From Phoronis australis (lineage: Eukaryota; Animalia; Phoronida): a stretch of DNA of 64,000 bases. Of this stretch, positions 11,981-23,365 are shown in pieces. The DNA is taken from the NCBI GenBank assembly GCA_002633005.1, contig NMRA01000085.1, positions 1-64,000 of the forward strand, in the 5' to 3' direction. Below the pieces are notes generated by a model, which ran no database searches, was not told the origin of the DNA, and saw nothing but the letters and a program-made list of their open reading frames with translations. The translations under genes and the position numbers were made by a program. The stretch's first letter is position 1; the number at the start of each line of letters is the position of its first letter.

Positions 11981-14429
11981 TCATGGCCTCATACTTGGTA
12001 TTATAGGGCTACTTAATTTATTCTTCACTGCTGCGGGCTACTTCCTAAGCAAAAATTTGGGCTCTCGAGGAAATAGAAAAAATGATATACCCGCTATCGT
12101 CGCAGCTTCATAGTTTGCACAAGCGTGAACGATACACCACACCCATACCGGCACTGACACTCTGCAGAAGAACCAGACGTCCCTGCGTTGTTTACTGACC
12201 TTCCTCACTGGTTAATGCGACACCTCTCGGCGAGGTAATATCGACCATATACAAAGTGACCAACAAAAACGGTAAAAAAAGACTAAATTGGGTGGCATTC
12301 TCCTTAAGTTACAAGAATGTTCACTTCTTGAAAATGTCCCTTTCCACTGCTTATATAAGGGAAAGTTCACTGAATCCACTTCCTGCATCAGGTTCACTTA
12401 AAGCGCAGGAGGTGAACTGTAATACAAAAAGAACTTTCACTATGGATCCCTATACTCAGGGCCTTCGATTCCTCAATTTTTGGTCCCGATATCAGCCTCA
12501 CACAAACCTCTCTCTCGAGGCTAGCTCAAATATTCATCTCCAGTGATAATAGAAAAACTCCTCTCGAGATAAGTCTCAATCCCTATTAACGTGCACAGAC
12601 CCTCAATTTGGGGTTTTAATATTTCATGTGATTAATCTTCACTTCCCAGGCGTGCCATGAGAAAGCACAGAAAATACAATTTGATGGCACATGCACCTTT
12701 GTTCGTGGGCGAGCTAGGGAAGGAAACGTCCGACATTCTCAAAAACACACTTTCTTGTAACAAAATTAACTCACCTTGCTCATCTTCATCACACAAAAAT
12801 GAGAAACATTTCCATCCCAAGTGGCAAGTAATTAAAGGAAAACAGTACACAGGTGCACTTCTACTGATGCTCAACAATACCTTGGCAATCATAGACACAG
12901 CATCCTGAGAGAGCAAAACAACAAATCATGATTAAAGATGCATTGTCAAGTAGATTGTGTTCAGTACATTACAATGGCTCTGCTACTCACTATGTGTATT
13001 GACATATCGCCAGGATTTTGAGAGACGGCTGAAATGACCAATCAGAACGCAGCATTCTTGACACACCTTCGTTTCCAAGCCGCCATCTTACCCGACAAAC
13101 AACACGTTGCTGGATAAATTTTATTGTTTGTTTGTCGACATTTGTGCAACTGGGCGGAACTTGCGATTGGTCAATTAGCAGTGCTCTTAGCTTAAACATT
13201 GCCCGAGTCAACATTTTCGCCCTGAGCAGAATCCAAAGTTGAATTTTCAAAATTTGGGTCGAAATTTCTAGTTGACAAAATTTCAACCCCTGATGCCAAC
13301 TGAGTTTCCAGCCTGTCCGTAGATCTTTCTTTTTATGGGTAGAGATATCTGTAAAGGATTGTGCGACACCAGATTAACTACTGATTTTTCACGAAACAAT
13401 ATAAATCCTATTTTCAATAGCCCTTCATCCAAAAGTGGAGCATTTTAAAAACAATTCCTATCGGAGTATTGGAGAAAAGTACAAGTGAAAGTTTCATATG
13501 AATTGGATCAGTCACTTCTGAGATATGGTGTTCTGAAGTTTGCCAAATTCATCCATTTTTCTGAAGTCCTACGTAACCTTTAAGAAATGTCCGATTACCT
13601 TAAAACCAAACTAACGTTTCCAGTAACATCCGTGATCATGTCAAGTTTTCAAATGAAAAAATGAAATAAGTGTTTAAAAATCACTGCTAACTAAACACAT
13701 GTACAAGCAGTATACGTCCAGGTGTATTATGGGAGATCAGTACTGCGCAATCTCACCAATTTACGACACAATATGGCAGACAGTTTCGTATTACATGCTA
13801 AGTATGCAACCACACTAGGTTTGTTTGTGAGAGTCTTGCATCTTTGAAATGCTGAAATGCAGCCCAAGTTTGTTACAACAGAATGTGGAGCGTTGAAATG
13901 CACCCGCATATCGCCAACGAGTGTGCTTCTAGGGGTGTACAGTTTTATCATAAAAATGGCCACTATAGATAGCACAAAATACATCTAATCCATACGAAAA
14001 TGAGAACATGACATCACTTCTTTAATAGAAAGCTATTTACCGAATTTCATAAAAATCTCAAAATGTCAAGAATATCAGAGAAGCAAAGGAAACAGAAAAA
14101 ACAAAATTGTCACAAGGGGGCACAGCATTTGCCAAACCTGTCTGAAAGTCGACCTCGTCCGTTTTCAGGTTCATATAAATACACATGCTAAATTTAATAA
14201 ATATCCAGCGGTAGGTTTTGGAGATACAAATGTGGGCGCACAAAAATGCCGCTAGGAGGTGCCACAGCAGTCAAAGTTGTTGGAAAATCATCATCAACCA
14301 TTCTCTTCACACTAAGTACATGCATGTCAATTTGCACAATGATCTTTATCATGTACTAAATTAAATCAGTTTTTGGCCACAATAAGATTAAAAACCAGAC
14401 GATCGCCGAACAAATAAAAAAGTTCATGT

Positions 14430-14475
14430 TCAATTCAACGTTTCGTCTTTTCATTAGACATCATCAGGATCATAT
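14430..14475 (-). ncRNA. Minimal hammerhead-ribozyme-like motif in the Penelope pLTR
   Basis: Minus strand reads CCTGATGA-TGTCT-AATGAAA-AGAC-GAAACGTT: core CUGAUGA, stem II GTCT/AGAC, GAAA, and a palindromic AACGTT stem III. Stem I pairs poorly. Confidence 0.55.
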
Positions 14476-15121
14476 TATTTACAACAATTTAGGACAACAA
14501 GTGCCAACATACAGCTCAGGTAACATCCATAAAGTGAAGTGAGAGATACATAGAATTTAGTCAGTAGCTGGTCATCACCATAGTTGCAGGGTCACTGAGC
14601 TATGCATGTAATTCAGAGAATCAGTGGCATGCTGGTTCTGAATGGCCAATGACTCTTTCAATGTACAGTAACTCCTTATTAGGTTCTCTGCAGATAATAT
14701 TAACAGAGTTGGCTCGGTGATTGTAGCTAATACAATGCTTATATATATATGTTACTTTTCTCTGAGGTGTGATTTTCTTTCAACCTGTCCTATATAGAAT
14801 TCCTTACATGCAGTTGTCACATTCAACCTTATACACAACATTGCTCTTGTTCAATAAAGGGATGGGTGACTTCAGTTTACACAGCATATTGGAAAGTTTC
14901 CGAAGGGGTTTGAAAACAACTATCAGTTCAACTGCTAGGTCTATGCAATGAATAAGGCGAGATAATTGACGTTTCAATTTTATACTACTTGGTCGGTGTA
15001 ACCAAGAGAAAAGAAAAAATTCTTTTTCTCAGGTCCAATAACAGCTACCTTTTCTGCCTCATTCATTTTTGAAAGAAAGTGCCTTTTACAGCTATTCAGA
15101 AAATTCAGAGGGTAACCATTT

Positions 15122-16863
15122 CAGGGCTCGACATAAACGGTAGTCCGACTGCCCGGGACAACCAATTTGTTGGTCCGGACAAGCTCACTGTCGGACAATT
15201 AAGTTAATGAATTTTTGGAAACTATAGTAAATCTGAATGTTCAGATCTTTGTAGCAGTGATAACTCACTAATGTTTAGTCATCATTGTCGGTAAGATGTG
15301 CCGCAAATCGGCAAGGTGTTGGTTTAGATTATGCAGGAGCTCCTGATTGGACGCGATCCGAGGCACTTGCATTCGAACAGTTCTAGCCAAAGTGACGTGT
15401 TCTCATTTAAATACATGGCAGTATCTCACGTAATCTGGGAAAGTTTTGATTTCAGCTAGGTCCTAGCGTAGTTCCAAGCGTTTTGAACGCATGCCAGGTT
15501 CCCAACGATTCGTCTCATTCGTCTTGGTTAAACGCATGTTTTTAATGGTTTCACTTATGACACCAAAATGGAAGCACCCAACCAAAGACAAGAGCGCAAA
15601 AAATCAACTTGTAATTAGCGCAAGTCGAACATTTTGTCCACGTTCCATGACAACAAAAACTTACTTTTTTGAACGTTTGATTCGCCTAATGACTTTTTAC
15701 AAGATGTATTTTTGCTTCATTATTTTTGGCAGCTGACCGAGTACCCCTATTGCCTAATAGTAGTGTCTTCCGATTGTTGTGCTTTGAACAACAACGTTGT
15801 TGGCTTCGAACTAAAAAAGAAATATACAATGTATATAAAATGTTACACTATTGGAGGTATTCAATAAGAAGACCTGTCAATCATTAGCCTGTGTTTGGTT
15901 GCCTAAGTGTCCACTGGGAAGCAAATCTTTACACAATCGAGTGCTTTAATTCCCTTAAAAATACACTGCGAATTAGAGGAGTCTTGTTTAATCTGTCTTT
16001 ATTCTCAAGAAACTTGCCCACTGAACAAATACTTAAGGTACGTAAACACCCCATCACACTCAGGATCACAACGTCACTGTATCGTGTGCGTAGGCCGTCG
16101 AAGACCGGTACTTCAATCCCCCGACTTATATTTTAACTGATATGCTTGAAGTCCGACGTCAGTGTAGCTCCGTCAGGGTAAAATCGGTCCTCCGTGCAGT
16201 AAGCAACAACTCTTTGCAAAATTTTTGACTTTAACCGTCTATGCTCGGCTTACCGCACATCCACTGTTTTTTAGATTCCCAATTTAAGCGCCCTGGGCGA
16301 TAACGTGAACGAATACGGAAAGTCAAATTTCAATCCATTTGCTAGTCAACACATTTTGACACTTATCGGTTACAATTTTTGATTTACATACAAGACTCAC
16401 ATGTAGTAGCGATAACTCGGTAGCAAGTGTTGATAAAACTTTACAACATTTGACTGTCTTACGACGTGTGTGGAAACTATCGTCTGCGCCGGTGTCCGCA
16501 GTTGCAATGTCGAAATAGATACTTAGCTTGTATATGGTTTCAAGTCAAAGAGCTCTAATCTTGCAACTGGTAACCAAACCAAAGGGTGTGAAACCAATAA
16601 ACGAAAACGGGTACTCCTTCCGAAATGAAAGGAAGATTTTGACTGGTTACGGTATGATAGCGACCAGAAATAAACTTGGTGAAATCCAAACACAACACAT
16701 GTTTATTGAGCTTGTGCTGACATGTATAATGCGCGACATTCATACTGTGTTTGAAAAGTATAATTTGAATTTAATTACCTTAGGACAAGTGTCCTATAGG
16801 TCAGGACAAGTAAATTTCATTTCCGACTAGACAAGTTAAAATAAAAGTTAATGTCGAGCCCTG
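15122..16863. mobile_element. Non-autonomous hAT-like (hAT5-type) DNA element with a 5-bp TSD
   Basis: TIR CAGGGCTCGACAT(A/T)AAC, 16 of 17 bp. TSD CATTT at 15117-15121 and 16864-16868. Subterminal GGACAA repeats at both ends. Excision restores the Penelope LRANGYP frame. Confidence 0.88.
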
Positions 16864-18239
16864 CATTTGCACGCAATAATTGGAAAATCATAGCTATGTC
16901 ACTATAAAAATTTAAATTGGTGGAGCAGACTCTCCAGGCACGGTGTAACAAGCAATTGACTAGGCCTCTCTTTTATTGGATCGGCACAAAACCATCAAAT
17001 TTAAGATAAAGCCCGGAAAAACTGGGCTAACGATACACAGATGTAACTACGGTGTTATTCTCACGTTTAACCGAGACATCTAGAAAAGGTAAGCACGACT
17101 CGTGCTCAGATTCAATAGTGAAGTTGATGAACAATATGCATCCGTCCATTGAACTGAACATGAACTTTTTTACTTGTGTGGAGATCGTCCGGTTTTTAAT
17201 CTTTAGAATGGTTTGGTTGATCAGAGCGGACTCGAAAACAGCAGGGCCATTAGGAAGTGCAAAATACCTCGATTCCATCCGAAAACCGGAGGACAGTGTC
17301 ATCTCACCAATAGACGCCTATATTCCAAATTTTATGAAGATCCGTTGAGGACCTTTGAAGATATAGAGATAAACTTAAAAAAACTAAAATTACCACAAGG
17401 TGGCACACCAGCAGTATGATCCTTTCATTAACACAAGCAAGTTACAACATTACAAACTAATTTTTTCACACACATGTGCTCAACACTTCCAACAAGACAA
17501 TTAACGAGCATGTAAACACACCGAGTACGAACACTTTCGTAGTAAAGTACTTTTAAATTTTGACAAACTCGACAATGAGTGAGATATTTATGAGACAATT
17601 ACCGGCTCTTTTTCTTGAAGAGACTGCAAGCGATTCTTGGCAGCATCCAGGTCCAATCTCTTCACCTTCAGGACTTCTTTCTCTTTCTAGAAACATTTGA
17701 CGAATATGGTGAATGTCACTCACTGAGAACAACCCAATAATACAAGAATTTTTATTAATTAAATTTTTATTTTCAAAGTTTATTTCATTCTTAAAGACTT
17801 TAATGTGCTATGAACCTGTCTTCTCCCAAAAATATAACTTTTCATTATTTTCCAATATAAAACTGCAATGAACTTAACTTGTTCCATGATTTCTGTGCTT
17901 TGAGTTGACAACATTAGATCGGGCTCAATAATACGCTTGAAATGACAGGTCAGTTTGATTATAAGCATACGTCACCATAATGGATTGTCATTTCCTCCCA
18001 AGTCCAAAAATCAGTTCTCATGTAAGCCAGGATCAGGTAAAAAATCAGTTTCATAAGGGTATTAGTAGCTATTGGTAATATAACTCAAAGCCTGTAGACT
18101 GCACACATTCAAATTAATTTAATGTTTTACACTGAACCAATGTACCAAAACAGGATATTTGTACATTACACAAATTTATCCCATGAAGCTTTTGATTGAT
18201 CCGCCATGACATAGTTTGAAAAAACAGGAACGTCCACGT

Positions 18240-21200
18240 CATAACGCTAAAACCTCGTGAGAGACCATCCCGAGTTGGCATCTTGAGCAACTCAGGGCGG
18301 TCTAGGATCAAGAGAAAAACCACAGGGTAGATCTGTGGCCGACAGATCTATTCGGTTGATTACATTTTATTGCCCGAGAAGGCTGCCTGAAGAAATATGA
18401 CTCGCGCGTTTGTATTTTCGCCTTTTTCAATGACATGTAAAAGATTCATCAACAAATTCCTCGTAAAATTCTGAAAACAAGCATTTTTCTCCCATGAAAA
18501 TCGATGAAGTTTGGCATGAGTATAAGTTGTGATACACTACTGCACGTGCACAAGGTCACCAGCACCAGAAGTTTTAAAATCACACCACCAAAACTGTGAT
18601 TGTTTACATTTCAGAGAGCTCGTCTTGACAATTTCAAGAAGGTATACCGCTTGACAGTTGCATTTATGTACACGTTGATGCCTGGAGAATACAGACTTGA
18701 TCAGGGCTTGGGATTTCCGTCTTTTAAGAGGAATTCTTTTTTGGTATCGATTTCCTCCGATTGGATTTCCAGTTTCCTCGCTCGTGACTCGATGACTAGA
18801 GCAGCTTGGCGGCATCCGTTAGATCGTGAGCCGAGTGCGACTCAGCCAAGGTGGATAAATACGGTCTAGTTCAATTTTCCATACCCCACCGTTTACCTTA
18901 ACCACTGGGGTTAGAACCAATTTTATTTAGTGGGAATGTTCATAGCATGTGATAACTTTTCCTCGTGAAGGTAGTGATCTCAGCAGTTATATCACTTATG
19001 GTGTTTTGTCAAGTAGTAGAACCTTGTACTGCTATGACACAAATTTTGAAGGTTCCTATGCTGTAGTTAAGGCCCACTTTAAATATTTTGCTCACCATGC
19101 GAGTTATTGTTTTCATGGAGGGATTCATACTAGTTATGGATGATCTCATTAGGGATTGCATGTAACACTATTTGGGTGTGTATATTTGTTACATGTTCAT
19201 TGTATAAAGTGTATTGTTTATATTGCAGAGTTTATAATTGTTAGTTTCAAAGATTTCGGTAGGTTATCTCAACAGTGCTTAGTGCATGTTTTGCTCATCC
19301 TGTGAAGTGTAATATTTATACTGAAGAGTTTATCATCGCTAGTGCCCGTGTCCCTTATTGCTCTTTCCCATAGTATGAACAACTAGTCATGTTAACGTTT
19401 GAAATTCTCATGTACTATACATATTACACTATTCCAAAATCTTACTGTTATTTTCATTGCACAAGCACTAATCTGAAGAGTGGCCTACTAGTTATGTGGA
19501 ATGCACAAAATGCATTGTTAAAGCGAGGTGATCATATGCCGCTGGGTTTTTGTTTTCTTACTCTTTGTGAACGCAGTGCCTGTAACTCGCATTTATTCCT
19601 AAGTTTATGCAATCATTTTAAATTACAAAACATGAAACCCTGGGAACCGGTGGGACAGTTAAATTTTGACATCGTCAGTATATACGTGTCATTTGAAGTA
19701 GTAGCCCATTGTAGGGGGCCACGACCAAAAACATGGGTACACATCACATGTCTAACCACAAAAAACAAGTGAAAGAGTTACTTTTTCAGGCAAGCGACGC
19801 ATTGCGCGCTTTGGTTGTTTTTGTCCCGTTTTAGGTGGCAAGTGGCGCTTTTTTCTTTGACGATTTCACTGAGGTACGTTTCAGAAAATCGTACTGTAGG
19901 CCTAAGTCATTTTTTCTGTGCCTGATAATTTAGGTACACAGCAACTGAAAAAATGGATAAATCACGTCATTTTAAATCTCCATATCGCTCCGTTATGGAC
20001 ACTTCGACTTGGATGGATTTTGGCTCTTTCAAACACTCCACCATGCTCTATTTTTTGAAGTTCGTTAACGAAAACGCATACCAGGATGTAAGGTTCATGC
20101 CCTCCCGCTCGAGTTTTAGTTGGCAATTTTGACATGAAGATGATGGTGATATTTTTGCGTTCCTTGACGAGAATTCCAGCAAGTCAAGTTTTGCCTAATT
20201 CAGCTTTTCATTCATTTTTGTACCGTGTATGGTCGCTGGCAAAATAACATGCTATGAACATTCCCTCTATATAAGATTGGTCCTAACCCCAGTGGTTAAG
20301 GTAAACGGTGGGGTATGGAAAATTGAACTAGACCGTATTTATCCACCTTGGCTGAGTCGCACTCGGCTCACGATCAAAGGGATGCCGCCAAGCTGCTCTA
20401 GTCATTGAGTCACGAGCGAGGATAATTGGCTTCGCTCATGCGGATATGATCAGCTGATTACAATCTAGCTAGCAGACTGTACTTTTTATGGAGAGTTTTA
20501 CGTAGTTTTTACTGTAATATTTGAAAAGAGGAGCGAAAACAAATATGAGTACAATTTTGAATTTTTCAAATCGGCCCAGGATAAGAGATTTTGCAACACA
20601 GCAACACTCACGATTACTTTCATTCGGCGCGCACTAATACAAAAATATAGGACCCAAGTTACTTAGATTTTGGAACACATGCATTGCAATGTTCAAAATA
20701 CGTATGTTTATTATGAATCTTACAAGCTGTAAAACGATGTTGTTAATTTCATTGTGTTCATTCATTGTCATCCGTCAAATCGGCAATTTCCGAGATGTGA
20801 TCTGCGGCGTGCGCGTATGTGTACAAAACACGTGATTGTTATGTTCCTGAAGTACGAAAATTAAGAAGGCTTTAGCATGCCGTTATTATTGACAGGGACA
20901 CGATAAAACGAATTTGGATTTTGACTATAGTCTTGATACAGCGAACTGGCTGACCACTGCGTCAGTGTCTCCGTTAGACCCAGAAATTTCCCACAGCCCG
21001 GGTAGTTCACCAGTCGTCCCCAACATGTAGATCGAGCCTTAGACTATTAATACTCCACGGCAGAGCTAACAACAGTCGGTCTGTGCACACAAAATCTGTG
21101 AGCTAACCAGCACTCACCTTGCACGTTGCATCCGTTTAAGTGAAAAACAATCTAGTAAACGCCATTTTCTTGCATTATCCTCCGCCTTTTGTAACAAAAA

Positions 21201-22579
21201 AGTCTGTCGTCGATGACCCGCACACGCACGCTCACTCACTCTCATACGCAAACGAACTTCAAAACAAACGTCACGTGACAACAACATGTGTGTTCATCCA
21301 GACATTTTTCTCGTGTTGTGGGGTACGATGTAGTGCAGATTTGGACTTAATCGCAATTAATCTGGACTCCACATGAACTTTAAAAATTGTAAAACATAAG
21401 GAAGATTTCAGGTAATTCGTTGAGTCGAAACTACATTTTTATTCAAGAGTTCAAGTTTTCCTATTGACGATCGCGATTCAGCGACGCATCAGTCGGCAAG
21501 TTTTCGCCCTGTGCACAATTTTTTGAAGAATTATTGTAATTTAACAATGGAAGTTCATAGCAATGCACCACATTTTTGTAGAAAGGCTGTCATAGGCTAC
21601 AACTACGTCACAGAGCGTAAATTTGATGAATCATAGCTTCCGATTTTACCCGTTTGGGAAACCGGGTTTCAACTGCCGTAGGCTCACTACAATAAGCGTC
21701 CCCTCCCCGTGAAATGAATTTTTCTAAGCGTTTGTTTGCGCCAATACAGTATACAGCTTTCCACCAAGGCTAAGTGATGCAAGACATTATTCTTTGTTGC
21801 ATTATAGTGACTGGTCTTGGCTAATTATCATTTTATGGCCTGGTCATCCATTCAGTCAAAAGTAGTTGCAGAGGAGGCTTATCAGCCAATTATTCATGCA
21901 TGCTGACTCACAATAGAAGCCTGATAAGAGTGAAGGTGGATAAATGCAGTGTTCCTACAGTTTCTTGTTTTAGTGGATGTGTTCACGACATGAGATACCA
22001 TCAAGATTTTAGTCAAGATGTTTCCAAACTCGGTTTTTGGCCATAACACTAGTTATTGGAATCTGATTATGAGCGCGCAAGAGAAGACGGAACATATTTG
22101 CGACGTTTCGTTTACTCAAAGTTAATGAGCCTAAACGTCAAAAAATATTTGTTTTCTCTTTCTCGCTTATAATGATTTTCAAGGGTTTCCGTTATTCAAT
22201 TTCGGCAAGGTCATCGCTTTCTCGCAAAGCTACCGATTGGATGATCAATTACGCACTTATTTGCTCTCCGTTTTAACGTTGATCATCGTCGATACACCTC
22301 TAAAAATTGCACATCGTCTTTGCGCAAACTACATTGAGATTTAAGTCTCCTGAAAAAAGTTGACGATCAGATCGTGTTTAAAAGTCTAATTCTAAATTTC
22401 TCAAGTTAGTGCACAAATGAAGTAAACGAAAGTAGTTCTGCTTGTCGCGTCAGCTGTTGGTATCATTATCTCGATTAATGACCCACAACGCGTGACTGGA
22501 CAAAGCCTTTTCAAATTAGCCGGTGGAGCACGAGACCCCTGAGGTCCCAATCGAGTCCTCACGACAACTCCGCGTTATG
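18240..22579. mobile_element. 4.3-kb insertion with CATAACG...CGTTATG termini (unclassified DNA transposon)
   Basis: Absent from the homologous intron 4 of the intact gene (empty site ~52080). Imperfect TIR CATAACGC..TCGTGAG. Both ends match the 273-bp element at 34646-34918. Confidence 0.75.
18775..20422. mobile_element. Foldback/MITE-like element with ~175-bp terminal inverted repeats, nested in the 4.3-kb insertion
   Basis: 18775-~18950 is the near-perfect reverse complement of ~20247-20422 (TCCTCGCTCGTGACTC...GGAATGTTCATAGCATG). No clear TSD. Confidence 0.85.
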
Positions 22580-23334
22580 CTATTAAGTTACCCTAGAACA
22601 CCTTGGACCTGAGCAATCTGCCGCCTCAAGTTAACCGAGTGGTCACACCACATCCTACACATTATGACAAATACGGTACAAAAAAGATTAACTAGCTCAA
22701 ATTGCTTTTGAGTTTTGTCATTTCTTGACAATAGGTGGCGCAATGTTCAGTTTTGTGTTCCAGCGTTAGTTTTGTGTCTTGACCACTTGGGATATTGGTT
22801 GCTACACCAGAATACTTGCGCATGACTTCTTGTCGATATTTTGAAATGGGAAAGATGTGTTTTGGCTTTTGTTCTTTCAAGATTTTCCATATTTGTTCCC
22901 CAGGTGATAGAGAAATAAGTCAACAGCTCTTTTCATTAGCCACCTGTACTTAACTAAACGACGTGACCGAGCAAAAACATAGTGTACATGGATATCGCGA
23001 GACACAAAACTAAAATTGTAAAGACTAGAAGAAATTTGCCAAATCAACAAAAATTCACTACCCATCTTAATATGAATAAGTTGTCAACTGCTAACGTCCA
23101 AGATGTAAAATTCAGAAAGCTGTACCATCTTGCTAACAGCTACACTAGCATTCGTCACTGCAGAAAAGAAGGGTAAAGGTGCATAATTCCAAATTTTTAG
23201 AAAAATCAAAACCTGAATTGTCTTAATTCATATCCCCTTCGAGGAATTTTTTCAGTGGCTCCAGGAATTCATTTGTTGTTGTGGAAATCATCACTTTTTC
23301 AGCCTGACTGAGTTTGATCTCCGCATGTCCTGTT

Positions 23335-23365
<31 letters not shown>

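Larger units (their letters stand above)
14349..17203 (-). mobile_element. 5'-truncated Penelope-like retroelement (RT thumb + GIY-YIG remnant), split by a nested DNA element
   Basis: INFTIESEHESCLPFLDVSV...VTSVYR*P.FSGLYLKF...KRGLVNCLLHRA..VCS...LRAN|GYP continues across the insertion, then VVFKP...NKSNVVYKVECDNC. The 3' pLTR has a CTGATGA...GAAAC core, with an inverted partial pLTR at 17149-17203. Confidence 0.85.
14020..17415. repeat. Older interspersed multi-subunit repeat (14020-14348 + 17204-17415) that hosts the Penelope insertion
   Basis: Both halves resemble 41860-42650 (CCACTAGGAGG(C/T)GCC.. and CCAAATTTTATG.A.ATCCGTTGAG subunits). They rejoin at a duplicated ATCTTTA. Confidence 0.6.
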
